From positions 9,672,001 to 9,736,000 of the forward strand of contig OZ024751.1 in NCBI GenBank assembly GCA_964016885.1: a DNA stretch of 64,000 bases, read 5' to 3'. The notes under the pieces were generated by a model. It was given only the letters and a program-made list of their open reading frames with translations, was not told the origin of the DNA and did no database searches. This DNA comes from Eledone cirrhosa (Eukaryota). Made by a program: the position numbers and the translations under genes. Shown here piece by piece: positions 1 through 13,933 of this stretch. The number at the start of each line of letters is the position of its first letter. The first letter of the stretch is position 1.

Positions 1-800
1 CTTTACGGTCTGAGTTCAAATCCAGTCGAGGTTAAATTTGCCTTTCATCGTTACGGGGTCGATAAAATAAAGTACCGGTAATGTACTGGGTAATTTCTGG
101 CCTTGTGCCAAAAGTAGAAACAATTATTTTAAAGTAAGTTGGATTGCCCGAATCTGTAGAATGTCGGACACCGTACTTTGCGGCAGAGAGTTACGGACCA
201 TTACTTTCTGATATCGAATACCTCCTAGGTTAGCTTTGCCTTTTATCCTTATGGGGTCGATAAAATAAAGTACCAGACACACACTAGTGTCGATTTAATG
301 GACTCCATCATAATTGCTGGCCTTGTGTCTAAATCAGCAACCATTCATTTAAAGCAATGGAATGGTAGTGGATTGGCAGTATCGGTAGAGCGTCGGACAC
401 CCTGTTTTCGGCATAGAATTACGGCCCTTTACCTTCTGAGTTCAAATCCAACAGAGGTTAACTTTGCCTTTCATCCTTACAGAGTCAATAAAATAAAGTA
501 CCAGTAACGCACTCGGGTCGATTTAATCGACTTCCGCCTCCCTCAAACTTGCTGGCCTTGTGCCTAAATCGAAGCCATTAGTTTAACGTAAGTTAAGGGC
601 GGTGAATTGGCAGTCTCGGTAGAGGGTTGGACGCTATGCTTTCTAGCATAGTTACGTTTCTTTACAGTCTGAGTTCAAATCCCGTCGAGGTTAACTTTGC
701 CTTTCATCCTTACGGGGGTCGATAAAATAAAGTACCAGTAATGTACTGGGTTATTGCTGGCCTTGTGCCAAAATTAGAAACAATTATTTTAACGTAAGTT
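1..800 (+). mobile_element. Head-to-tail tandem array of ~4 tRNA-derived SINE copies (Meta-domain-like)
   Basis: Repeated unit with B-box-like GAGTTCAAATCC, core GCCTTTCATCCTTACGGGGTCGATAAAATAAAGTACC and tail GCTGGCCTTGTGCC at ~1-128, 130-350, 352-590 and 592-800. The core resembles the MetaSINE central domain. Confidence 0.8.
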
Positions 801-1239
801 AATGATCTCATGCTGTCAGTTAAAAATGCTGCAATACCTATAAAACATGACAGATCTTAATTAATGCTAAAGGGTTTATTCTTTTTCACTCATTAGTCTT
901 TCAACTTCAATTAACAAAAAATATTTTCAGCACACCACGGCAAGTATAATGACCTAGTCTTAGTTATGTTCTTCGCACAGAAGACCCCATTAGGATAGAA
1001 TACAGGACACACACACACACACAAGTATATATATATATATATAAATATATGTGTGTGTGTATGTGTGTGTGTATCTGTGACGGTGTGTGTTTGTCTGTAT
1101 GTGTGTCTGCATGTGTTAGTGTGAGTGTGTGTGAGTGTGTACCTATCCGACTATGTGTGTACCTGTCTGTCTATCTGTTTCTATTTGTGTGTGTGTTAAC
1201 AAGCATAATTACACCTTAAATCCATTCATCTTCGGATAA

Positions 1240-1281
1240 CATACCGTTGGCCAGAAGGCTTTGACTTCATCAGATGGTATG
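1240..1281 (-). ncRNA. Degenerate type I hammerhead ribozyme
   Basis: Minus strand reads CAUACCAU-CUGAUGA-AGUC-AAA-GCC UUCU GGC-CA-ACGGUAUG. Helix I and III are present; G12 and U16.1 are altered. Confidence 0.45.
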
Positions 1282-1351
1282 GTACCCAACGTTCATGTGG
1301 GTGAGTATGGGTGATTCTTTGTATGTATGAATGTATGAAGGTATGTGTGTG

Positions 1352-1386
<35 letters not shown>

Positions 1387-1387
1387 A

Positions 1388-2200
1388 TCATCATCATCAT
1401 CATCATCAACGTTTAACATCCGTGTTCCACGCTTGCATGGGTTTGGATGGGGGTTTTCCCACTTGAGGCAAGAGTGGTTGTCTTGCTTGCATAGGACTGT
1501 CTGGCTGGTTTTCTACAGCTGGATACCTTTCCTAACACCAACCACATTTACAGTGTGGGGCTGGGAGGTTTTTACCGTGTTGCCTACACGGCCACATTAC
1601 AGCGTGGACTGTCTGGCGGGTTTTCTACAGCTGGATGCCCTTCCTAACACCAACCACATTTACAGTGTGGGGCTGGGAGGTTTTTACCGTGTTGCCTACA
1701 CGGCCACATTACAGCGTGGACTGTGTGTTTTTTTGTCGTGACACCTACACGATCTCATTTGTTTCGGCCTGGATGTTGTGGCACCAACATAACTTTACAT
1801 TGAAAGGGGCGGTGTGGATGGGGTGGGGGTGGTGGGACGGGGGTGTGTTTTTTTAGAGATGGCTACTGACTGTAGTAGGTTTTACTTTGTATTTAGGTAA
1901 GGCGGGTCTTCTCTATTACTGAGTACCGCCAAAGGTCTCGGTCCAGTGACATTGTCTTGGAGAGGTGTAAGCGTGTGAGGTCGGAATTTATCATGTCGTC
2001 CCAGGTTTTTCTGGGTCTGCCTACTCCGTGGCTACCGTCTATCTTTATTGCCCTGCACTTTGTTATACAGCTGTCGTCTTTCACGCGCATCACGTGACGA
2101 TACCAACGTAGCCTTCTCTCGAGTAAACAACATCTGATCCCTCTTATTTCTAATGTATTCCTTAGTTCGTTTATGCTTAGCCGTTCTCGTATATTACTAT
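1388..2200 (-). mobile_element. 3' end of RTE-clade LINE with (GAT)n tail
   Basis: ORF 1893-2207 contains LRWYRHVMR and GRPRKTWDD, typical RTE C-terminal motifs. The 3' UTR has a ~115 bp tandem duplication (~1495-1725) and a (CAT)n tract on + at 1388-1407. Confidence 0.8.
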
Positions 2201-2224
2201 TACACATCCAGTGTATATATATAC

Positions 2225-2268
<44 letters not shown>

Positions 2269-2269
2269 C

Positions 2270-2338
<69 letters not shown>

Positions 2339-2642
2339 TGACGTCACACAAAATCCAATGTTTTGTAGCTTAATCGCTATAAATAAATGGTTTGTCTCGT
2401 GTCACTGATTCCACTAGACAGCGTTTTGGCTTGTGTCAGACGCTGTGACCCTAGATAGACCAGCAGTACCGTTGGTAGGCGTTGAAACTGCCAATGCCCT
2501 TCTCAACGACCGATGACCAATGAGTTCTGTGTCCTTCATTTGTATTTATTTTTTTAAATATTTATTTTAGGTTTCCTCTTGAAAAATTGGTTTTCCATAT
2601 GTTTTGTTTCCGTTCGTTTCCTTTTCCTCTTTTACTTAAGTG

Positions 2643-2737
<95 letters not shown>

Positions 2738-2747
2738 ACGTGCGCGC

Positions 2748-2778
<31 letters not shown>

Positions 2779-2814
2779 GGCGCGCGCGTGTTTGTGTGTG
2801 TGCGTGGGTGTATG

Positions 2815-2864
<50 letters not shown>

Positions 2865-2899
2865 AATATATATACATACCACCCACGCATATATATATA

Positions 2900-3582
2900 T
2901 ATGGTACAACCCTCCCTTCAATAGAGAGGTATCTACTCCGATAGCTAGGATTTTCTTCACGTTACTGAAATTACACTTCCCCATACAACATAGGTACCAC
3001 ACCATCTTTAATAAGAACACAATAAGACTGTCTTACTCCACCACACCTAACCTAGCTAGGAATATAGCCAACCACAATTCTAAAAAATTAAATAAGCCAA
3101 CCACCTCCGAACCCAATCCCCGGACTGGGGCTCTTTGTAATTGCCTAAATAAGGAAGCATGCCCACTTGAAAACAAATGCCTCACTAATGATATCGTCTA
3201 CAAATGCGATGTCATCTCAGGCACCGAGGATTGCAAAAAAACTTACATCGGCATGACCTCCAACAACTTTAAGACCCGTTGGTATGCCCATACCCACTCC
3301 TTCAGAAGACCGGACAAATCAAATCAGACAACACTCGCCTCCTACGTTTGGGACCTCAAAAGGAACTCCACCCCCTTCACGTTTAAATGGAAAATACTCC
3401 AGAAAGCGCGCTCTTACAACGGAGGACACAAGGGCTGCGACCTTTGTATTTCAGAGAGCTACGAAATTTTATTCGCCAAGGGCCCGCTACTGAACAAACT
3501 CTCTGAACACTGCCCGAATTGCATGCACAAGAACTTTGCAACTTTCAAACACTTTAAGCCAGTGTTAATGCCCGATGGCTAA
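2900..3582 (+). pseudogene. 5'-truncated Penelope-like element, GIY-YIG endonuclease end
   Basis: The frame upstream of ORF 3253-3582 reads FNKNTIRLSYSTTPNL...CNCLNKEACPLENKC..DIVYKC...YIGMTSNNFKTRW...CDLCISE. It is homologous to 15500-16076 and 33430-34010. Confidence 0.85.
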
Positions 3583-3811
3583 AAATGACCTCCCCCTATT
3601 GGCCCCTATACCTCCTCCCCACCCTACCCCCACCCCTCCTCAACCTGAAATACGGCCACTATGGTTATGTGAGTACCTCCTTCCTATCTACATTTTCTGC
3701 CTGTAGAGGTGTTTTTATGTGTCTGCGTATATGCGTATATTTATTGAGTACTTATTTATTTGTATGTGTATATATTTGTTTGTATGTGTGTATATGTATG
3801 TGTATGTGTAT

Positions 3812-3845
<34 letters not shown>

Positions 3846-3904
3846 ATATGGTTTTTAATGTGTGTATATTTATGTATGTATATGTATGTATATGTGTGTG
3901 TATG

Positions 3905-3957
<53 letters not shown>

Positions 3958-4062
3958 GTGTGTATATATGTGTATGTATGTGTATGTGTATGTATGTGTG
4001 TATGTATGTGTGTGTGTATGTGTATATATGTATGTGTGTATATGTATGTGTGTGTATACATG

Positions 4063-4122
<60 letters not shown>

Positions 4123-4236
4123 CATGTGTGTGTGTGTATATGTGTGTGTGTGTATATATATTTGTGTGTATGGGCAGGTGTGTGTATATATGTGTGTGTG
4201 TATATATATGTATATATGAATATATATATATATATA

Positions 4237-4768
4237 TACAATATTAAATAAATGGAAACTATATTTATAAAACCATATTTATTTCATTATATATATTTCA
4301 GGGATATCATATTAACAATATGCTATGCCTTCCTCAGACAAAATACAATATAAACAGTTTTATAGATAAATAGATTCGACATACCGTAACAACATCGACT
4401 TGTATTTGAAAAGGTTGATTTTTCTTCGTTTTCTGTCTTTCTTTCCTTTTTTTTTTTTTTCTCTCTTTCTTTCTCTCTGTGTACAATTTTTTCACTGCCA
4501 AATCAACCTTTTCAAATACAAGTCGATGTTGTTACGGTATGTCGAATCTATTTATCTATAAAACTGTTTATATTGTATTTTGTCTGAGGAAGGCATAGCA
4601 TATTGTTAATATGATATCCCTGAAATATATATAATGAAATAAATATGGTTTTATAAATATAGTTTCCATTTATTTAATATTGTAAATATACTCCAAATAC
4701 TTGTCGAGTGCTTTTATATCAGTTATAAATATTTACTAGTTGTAACCCAACAATTTAAATATAACTTT

Positions 4769-4770
<2 letters not shown>
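4237..4770. mobile_element. Short fold-back PLE pseudo-LTR cassette in (TA)n
   Basis: Apparently perfect ~185 bp inverted repeat 4237-4421 / 4500-4684, then an unpaired tail to 4770. It contains an HHR and is homologous to the pLTR of the PLE at 31953-34737. Confidence 0.85.
4576..4641 (+). ncRNA. Type I hammerhead ribozyme (antisense copy at 4280-4345)
   Basis: UAUUUUGU-CUGAGGA-AGG...CCU-GAAA-UAUAUA-U-A-AUGAAAUA. Helix I has 8 bp including G.U pairs; helix III is a minimal palindrome. Confidence 0.75.
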
Positions 4771-4828
<58 letters not shown>

Positions 4829-4895
4829 TTGTGTGTGAGAGAGAGTGTGTGTATATATATTTGTGTATGTGTGTATGTATGTGTGTATGCGTGTG

Positions 4896-4954
<59 letters not shown>

Positions 4955-5266
4955 TTGTGTGTGTATATATGCGTTATGTGTCTGTATATATGTGTATATT
5001 TATGTATAGGTCTGTGTATGTATGTGTATATATGTATGTATATGGATATATATATATATTTATACATATGCATGTGTATATGTGTGTGTGTGTGTGTGTG
5101 TATATGTGTATATATGTGTGTGTGTGTATATATATGTGTGTGTATATGTATGTATATATGGGTATGTGTGTGTGTATGTATGTGTATATATGTGTATATG
5201 TGTGTATATATATATATATGTATATATATGTGTATGTGTATGTTTGTATATATATTTGTATATATA

Positions 5267-5297
<31 letters not shown>

Positions 5298-5431
5298 CAA
5301 TGTATGTATATGTGTATATGTATGTATGTGTGTGTATGTTTATTTATATATATATATATATATATATTTATGTATGTATGTATATGTATATGTGTGTGTA
5401 TATATATATGAATATATGTATGAATGGTGTA

Positions 5432-5464
<33 letters not shown>

Positions 5465-5532
5465 GTGTATATATATATATGTAATATATATATATATGTA
5501 TGTATGGTGCTTTTTCCTTATATATGTGTATA

Positions 5533-5579
<47 letters not shown>

Positions 5580-5630
5580 GTGTGTATGTATATGTATATA
5601 TTTGTTTATGTATATATGTATATGTATATG

Positions 5631-5693
<63 letters not shown>

Positions 5694-6071
5694 TTGTGTG
5701 TATGTGTGTGTATATGTATATATGTGTGTGTATATGCATTGTGAATATATATATATATATATGTATATGTATGTATATGTGTATATATGTATATATGTAT
5801 ATATCTATGAGTCTGTATGTGTATATGTATACACATGTATATTTGTGTATATATATATATATGTGTATATGTGTATATGTGTATGTATATATATGTATAT
5901 ATCTATGAGTCTTTGTGTATGTATATATATGTATATATCTATGAGTCTTTGTGTGTATATATATACACATGTATATTTGTGTTTGTATGTAAGTGTGTGA
6001 GTGTATTTTTATATGTGTATATATGTGTGTGTGTGTGTGTATATATATATGTATGTGTGTGTGTATATATA

Positions 6072-6104
<33 letters not shown>

Positions 6105-6926
6105 TTTTATATATATATATATATGTGTCTTTGTGTGTATATATATATATATATGAGTCTTTGTGTGTATATGTATACACATGTATATTTGTGTTTGTAT
6201 GTAAGTGTGTGAGTGTATTTTTATATGTGTATATATGTGAGTGTGTGTGTGTATATATATATGTATGTGTGTGTGTATATATATGTGTGTGTGTGTATAT
6301 ATATATATATTTTTTTTTTTTATATATATATATATATGTGTGTATGTATATGTATGTGTATGAATATATTTATATATATGTGTGTGTGTTTTTATGTGTG
6401 TATATGTGTATGTGTATGTGTGTTTATGGTTGCGCGTGAGTGTGTGAGTGAGTGTGTGTTTTTTTGTGAATGTGTCTGTTGATTTTTGACATATAGTTGA
6501 TTAGTTTAAGAGAAGTTCGAAGATAATTGTAAGATATGCACTCAGTATTTTGAATCTGTCTACAGAATTCTCTAAACCTTTGTCACTTGGTAGAACCTTA
6601 ATGATTTTAGCTTTTAAAGAATCTCCCTTTTCTTTAATTCTCTCTACCATGACTGATCCCCCACTGATTTTATAGACATCTGTTAGCTTAAGAGAAACTT
6701 AATGACAAGGAATGGTATGCCATCCGGAACCTGTTTATAGAATTCTGTCTGCCTTTGTTACTCTAAAAACATAAATAAATAAAAATAAAAATAAACTATA
6801 GCTTTGTAGAATTAGCTTTTAATGAATTCCCTTTTCTATCAACCAATGACCTACACCCATCCTACTCCCCACCCTCTCCTACCACTTGTAGAGACCTATA
6901 AATACCATTTTTACTTTTTGATACCC

Positions 6927-6977
6927 AGATTCCTGATGATTTCTAAAGAATGAAACAGTTCTAGTCCTGTAGAATCT
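6927..6977 (+). ncRNA. Type I hammerhead ribozyme
   Basis: AGAUUC-CUGAUGA-U UUC UAAA GAA U-GAAA-CAG UUCUAGUC CUG-UA-GAAUCU. Perfect 6 bp helix I, GUA cleavage triplet. Confidence 0.85.
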
Positions 6978-7839
6978 CATCTATATTAAAACTTTTATAC
7001 TCTGCTATGTATTGAGTACCTTACTTACTGTGGTTACCTCCGATTCAACCCAGAATAACGTATATATATATATATATATTATTTGTATTTATCTCCAGTC
7101 TTTAGCTATTGACCAGTTAATTTTATTGATTTTTTAGTTGATCTTATTGACTGATAAATAGCTCATGTTAATTTTAACCCGTCTGTTGAGAACTCTAATT
7201 CGATATGTGATATTTTGTATTTTTACAAATATATACACTGCCGAATTCATTCGCCTAATATAGGGTTCCCTCCCTTGCTAAACCCCACGTGGATTTAGTA
7301 ACGGGTTCTTCTGTATATTCGAACGAAATGCCTGTTGAGAAAGTGGTTTTCCTCGTTCATCTTTCTGCCAGAAGCCGAATATTTTTTATGTAAGCTGACG
7401 GTAACTGATTTAGGAACCGCAGAAACCAAAAAGCTGGAATTTACCATCACTCTAGCGGGTCCGGGTAAAGATTTTTCATTCATTTATATTATTATTTGTC
7501 TGACCAGAATTTTCCTGGTCGTTTTTTTCCGCTGTGCGAGTGATTTTAAGCATTGTCTCCGTGTGTTGGTATTTAAACGATAGTTATAGCTCTGGTTTAT
7601 CCAAACTATTGAGCCCTTTGCCACACATTTCGAAGATTGTGTTTCGTTATTTCGTGGGCCGAAATTCCGATTCTCGATAATTTATTTGTATATATATACA
7701 CATACGTGACAACTAAATTTACGATACGCTGCAGCGTGCGGCAACATTTAGCAACTCGCCCCGTTCTTTGGTAGAACGAAAACCTGTTGATAAACTGAAT
7801 CCTCTGTTCGATGATAAATACCACGAGCTTGCCAGTTAC

Positions 7840-8085
7840 GTAAGTCTGATATTTGATTTCGGATTCATAGAAAGATTTTAAACGTATAACGATTGATTTG
7901 TCCAGGTGCATTTTTCTCAACATGTTAGTTCTTTCGTTACTTTGGTATTGTGTGTTAGATTTTGCCGACCACAATGTTCAATTTGTCAAGCTATTTAAAC
8001 GTATGTTATTACTCTAAGGACCTACCTTGTCGAGTGCTTTGATTGCACACCGCAAGAGATTCGATTTTACTAAGCATCCAACTAT
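7840..8085 (+). repeat. Interspersed repeat (probable PLE pLTR/tail) with copies at ~42050-42320 (+) and ~19580-19650 (-)
   Basis: Shared CAAGCTATTTAAACGTATGTTATTACTCTAAGGACCTACC. The + copies end at (TA)n. Confidence 0.6.
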
Positions 8086-8375
8086 ATATATACATATATA
8101 TACTAAGTCTGGGTTATAATGCTGCTACTCATACGCACTTACACACACATAATCATACAGGGTAATACAGATACACACATATAGATGCAGACACACGTGT
8201 GTGGGTGTTGGTCAATTTTCATAAAATAACAACAATATATTGACAATATTCTCCGCCCGCCATTATTGTCGGTGTAATTATCAACATACAACAATATGTT
8301 AGTGTGGCCTCGTCTCATTATTCTCTTGTTTTTTGTGTGTGACACACTACAAACACACAGAAACATGTACATACG

Positions 8376-8429
<54 letters not shown>

Positions 8430-8626
8430 TATATTGTGTGTGTATCTGTATACATTCATATATGCATATAGGTTAACGTCGTCGATATATATATTTAGAC
8501 ATACATATATATATATATATATATATATGTACATATATATATGTGTGTGTGTATATAAATGTGTATATAAATATTTATATATATATATACACACATAAAT
8601 ATATATACATATATATATCTACATAC

Positions 8627-8675
<49 letters not shown>

Positions 8676-9725
8676 TGTGGGAGTATGTATTTAGGTGTGT
8701 ATATATTTATGTATGTAAGTGTATGTTTATCAGTTATAGAAAGATACACTAATGTGGGCAGTATCTATAAACTTATATTTATGATGTTATTCCCATATAA
8801 ACATAATATTCGACAAATAAATAACAATATTTGCTTTGAGAAAGCAAAAAAACTTTCCGTTCAGCTCATTTATTTTGTTGCTTTTCCCAAGGGGTCCGCG
8901 TGTTCGAAGCCAGAATTTCGTGAGCAAAATCAATTTAACGACACACATACACAAAATATTAGCTTTTCTGCCATCAACCAATAAAATTCTCATTTTTAAT
9001 GTACTTTCAAGCTGATTTCAATACTTCATGAAGTTCCCCCAGACAACACGACACTGAATGCTTTAATATATGATATTTCTCATGTAGTATAGAGAGATAA
9101 AATAAAGTAAAGTACAAAAAAATATTACATCTATTCATGATTTCTACATAAAATACCACATGGATATATGATATCCATTCTGATAATATTATATTTTATG
9201 TTAGTCGTCCGGGTGGTTACCATTGGGAATTTATACAAAACAACATCTCGTGGCTTTATTGTATACATTTATACTGATATGAAGGAAATGTTATGTCCCG
9301 TGTGTGTGTGGGGGGGGGGATTCTGTGTGTATCTCTGTATGTGAGTGTCTGTTACAGTGTGTATGTGTCTGCGTGTGTCTGTGTCTGTGAGTGGGTGTAT
9401 GTATGTGTCTGTGAGTGAGTGTGTTTCCCTGTGTGTGTGTGTGTGTGTGTGTGTGTGCATATGAGTATGTGCATTTATGTGTGTGCGTTTGTAAGTGTGT
9501 GTTTGTGAATGCGTGTGAATGTGTTTATGTGTGTATGTGTGTTTCTGTGGCTGTAAGTACGTGTGTGTGTGTGTGTGTGTGAATGTGTGCATTGCGAATA
9601 TATGTATGTGTCTGATGTCTGATTTTGTCCGACACAACCCGTTATACATCATTTCCATTGTAGACTGCTGCCAGGTATACCTTCACAAAATAAAAAGAAT
9701 AATTGATATATATATACATACATAC

Positions 9726-9812
<87 letters not shown>

Positions 9813-10424
9813 TATATATATATATATATACATAGATACACACATATCATGATAGAACCAGATCTATGTATATATACATACATTACTACCTTATGTCTAG
9901 ATTCTAAAACATTTGGTTGAAACATATGCTCAAAATAAAAATAATTTACCCGTCGTTAAGGGAATCCTGTATTAAAAGCTTAATACTGTCGCGGAGCTCC
10001 AATCTCCTATGGCAAAGACGCCATATTATAGATGGCTGTAAATATGTATCAGAGTGTACACACGCTATACCTACCGAGAGTAATAACAGACTATATTGAG
10101 AGCTTGCAAATTCAACAGGAAATAAGAAGGATAAAAGTTTACGGATTCTTCTGTCGCTATTGGTTTATTTTATTTTATTTATCTATGTCATTGTTTTTTT
10201 TTTTGTTTTTTTTTCTTTTGTTGTTTTATTATTCTTGGTTCAGGTATTAGTGGAATATTGAAAAAGTTTTCGTCTGTCTCAAGGTCATTACCATTATAAA
10301 AGAAATGAACGTGTTTATGCAGATAAACGAGACTCTATTTTTTTCTGTCTATATTGGTTTGTAACATAAATACCAGGTCTATTTTTCTTTTAGTATTTAT
10401 AAACTCTGTTTTTTTCTGCTTATT

Positions 10425-10835
10425 TTTAGGTTCTGAGTTCAAATCCCACCGAGCTTAGCTTTGCCTTTCCTCCTTACATGACCAATAAATAAATCACCAC
10501 CAACGCATTAGGGGTTGATTAAATCATCTTTTCCCTCTCCAGAAAATTGTTGACCTTGTACCTAAACAAGAAACCAACATTTATCAACTGTATTTTGCAG
10601 TATATACGACCATTTACGTTCTGAGTTCAAATCCCGCCGAGGTTAGCTTTGCCTTTCATCCTTACGAGACCGTTAAAATAAAGTACCAGTGATACACTTG
10701 AGTCGATTTAATTGACTTTCCCCTCCACCAACTGTTGGCCTTGTGCCTAAATCATAAACCAATATTTACCAATTGTGCTTTTTGGCATATCGTTACGGCC
10801 TTTTATGTTGAAATACCTCCGAGGTCAACTTTCAA
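10425..10835 (+). mobile_element. Tandem copies of the same Meta-like SINE
   Basis: TTCTGAGTTCAAATCCC..GAGGTTAGCTTTGCCTTTC units at ~10430 and ~10620, partial at ~10810. Confidence 0.75.
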
Positions 10836-11944
10836 GCAGGAATATAATAAGCATTAATATGTTTCTTCTGAAAAGTTTTTATCTCATAAACTCGTTCAGA
10901 ATTCCTATTCTTGTATGTACTGTTGTTTAGTTTCAACCCACGCAAAGCTGTAACTTCTGGTTCGTCAATAATTAGCGATAAGCCACCATAGCCGGACTAG
11001 GTGATACATATAACGACTCTTATCAAGTGACACTTCATACATTAATTTTATAATTCAATTACATTTCTTAAATATTCCAAGATATCATTAAACACATTTC
11101 AAATTTTCGCTTCTCTCTGTGAATAATTCCAATCACCAATCTAACTGGTTTCTTCAATAATCTTTCAAATTGAGATTACTCTGTAAACCAATCGAATATT
11201 TGGCGTTCCTCTGCCGTGTTCCAAAGTGATATAAACGGAAAATATTAATTTATTAAATTAACGTAATCCATTTAGCTCTGACTCGGTTAAATAACTTCCA
11301 GCCTGCTTATTCAAATTGAATGGAAATATCTAATAAGTTAAACAATGTCAATATTATTCCAATCACACTTACTTACAGATTGTTGCATTAAATATAATGC
11401 AGTACATTTTTTTTCTTGGTCTTGCTAGCACACTATACAAATTACAAACAGTAACATAGCCTGGCGAGCTGCAATGGCTCTTCCAGCGTGTCTCCATCAC
11501 TATCCTCCGGGGAAATACTTTCTCTATTCTGTCCGTCGGGACGCGAGGCGGCCAGTGCGTGCGCCCCCATTTGCTCATCATAGTGAGAGATGGGGAAAGC
11601 GAAAGAGACGGAAGTAGTGAGAGTTGGAGTTTGGTTCCTTTATGTTCTGACCTGGTGTATATGTACTTGTATATGTTTCACGGACACATACTCATGACAT
11701 CACACCCCGTTATTATTAGACTATTATTTTAAAAAACACTAACTATATGCGTGTGTTTGTGAGTAAGATTATGTGTATTTCTGTGTATATACATATATTT
11801 GTAGCTAGATGTGTACTATGTCAAAGCAACCAAGTTCCCGTAACTGGTGCAGCCAGTCGTTGCGGTGACACTTTAGACGTTTTCGTAGTCAACCATCATC
11901 AAAAGTCTATATCCCTATTTTCTTTTCGGGTTACTATTGAACTA

Positions 11945-12630
11945 TAAGAGGTATGTTCAATAAGTAATAAGAACATTTCAGGAGAAGAATTAAATATCAT
12001 TAACTTAGAATGTTACTTCATGGTGAATTAGACTTATATATATTGTATAAAGTGACTAACTCACAACTTCCTATCTACTTGGGCTGCAGCGTCGCGGGGT
12101 AAGTGTTGGAACCAGTATGATCCGATTTGCCAATATAAATACATGACAAGAGGCAGGGATCAACGCTGAGGCATCAGATTTTGTGTTAAACTTAAGAAAA
12201 CCAAAGAAAAAGCTCATGGAATGTTAGCGGAGAAGAGTGTGGTGAATTGATGAGAAAAGCAAGTCTCTACAGGTGGGTTAAACGATTTTCTGAAAGAAAG
12301 GAGCAGGTTGAGCATTAACGCAGGTCTGGAGCACCGAATAGCCCACCAAAGGAGGAAAATATTGTGCAATTGCTAGGGCTAATAATGCAAGATCATCGAG
12401 CTACTGTGACGATTACATCTGAAGTCGGATGTATTAGTATTGGCACATTGGAAACAATTCTGACCAAAGATCTGGAGTTCCACAGGGTCTGTGCCACGTT
12501 CGTGCCAAAGAGAAAAATCAGCAGGCCGCAAGAGAAGACAATCGTGATTCCATTCTTCGACTCCCAAAGGCTAATTCCCGTTGAATGGGTTCCTGAGGGC
12601 TAAACCACCAATAAGGAGTATTACCTTCAA
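11945..12630 (+). mobile_element. Decayed mariner-type DNA transposon (left TIR and transposase N-terminus)
   Basis: TIR-like GAGGTATGTTCAATAAGT. Broken frames read FCVKLKKT...LYRWVKRFSE...RRSGAP...DHRATV...TILTKDLEFHRVCATFVPK (WVP-motif region). Confidence 0.7.
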
Positions 12631-12737
12631 TATATATATATGTGAAGTAATTCCGTCGGAAAAGTCCATGAAAAAAGAGTGCTCTATGTAGATAACAGAG
12701 CTTAATAGTTATGTAATAAACAACATAAGGCAATTAT

Positions 12738-12795
12738 TCCATTTACCAGTGGTTTCTTAAACGCAAAAGATGTTGCTTTCAATCCTCAGAATGAA
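12738..12795 (-). ncRNA. Type I hammerhead ribozyme (inverted pLTR copy)
   Basis: Reverse complement of the 18211-18268 motif, with two helix II substitutions. Confidence 0.8.
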
Positions 12796-12949
12796 AAAAT
12801 CCTGGTCTGTTTATTGAATTTGGATTTTAAAAAACAAAAATGCAATCTATATGAAAGTGAGGCTGGAGAAAGAAGAAGGAAAGGAAAAATAAAATTAAAC
12901 CACATATGCAAACACACACACAAGCACGCACACGCACACACAAAAGCAT

Positions 12950-13038
<89 letters not shown>

Positions 13039-13095
13039 TAACAGATTAAAGTTTAAGCAAAGAATCGCTGCTTTAGTCTTCAATATTATTATTAT

Positions 13096-13150
<55 letters not shown>

Positions 13151-13321
13151 CACTCATACATACACACACACATATATACACACATATATGTGTATATAAG
13201 TACACACATACACATACACATATATACATACGCACATAAATATCAACACATCCATACATACACATACATATATACAACCACACACACATATATACACACA
13301 TACATACATATAGAAACATAA

Positions 13322-13392
<71 letters not shown>

Positions 13393-13933
13393 AGCATACA
13401 CATACAGAAACATAGCCATACACACATACATATACATACATACAGGCACACAATCATACATATATACACACGTACATACATACACATACATAAATGCACT
13501 CCTCTACATATTCACACACGCAAATAAATATAAGAAAAAATATATATAAAAAAATATAAAAATTATAGATGGCGGGTAGATGAACAGACACGCGTGGTAA
13601 GTAATACACACAAATACACGTATACATATGTACGAAATAGTAAATACATACACACACTCTCACACATAAATAGGATTGAAAGCAAAATCTTTTGCTTTTA
13701 AGAAACCACTGGTAAATGGAATAATTGCCTTATGTTGTTTATTACATAACTATTAAGCTATGTTACCTACATAGAGCACTCTTTTTTCCTGGACTTTTCC
13801 GACGGAATTACTTCATTTATACAGCTCCAACCGGGATTGATTGAAGCATATTCTATATTACATATACGATTGGCACTTTCCAGCCCGATTAGTTAAGCAC
13901 TCTACATTTTCAGGAATTTAACCAACATACACC

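Larger units (their letters stand above)
3720..6480. repeat. Compound (TA)n/(TG)n/(TATG)n microsatellite tract, interrupted at 4237-4770
   Basis: Directly visible. It produces the spurious YI/VC ORFs. Confidence 0.95.

Noticed and set aside
10915-10975. Minus-strand UUGACGA...GAAA motif
   Set aside because: No helix I pairing.
11380-11704. Possible solo LTR (TG...CA)
   Set aside because: No target-site duplication and no second copy in the window.
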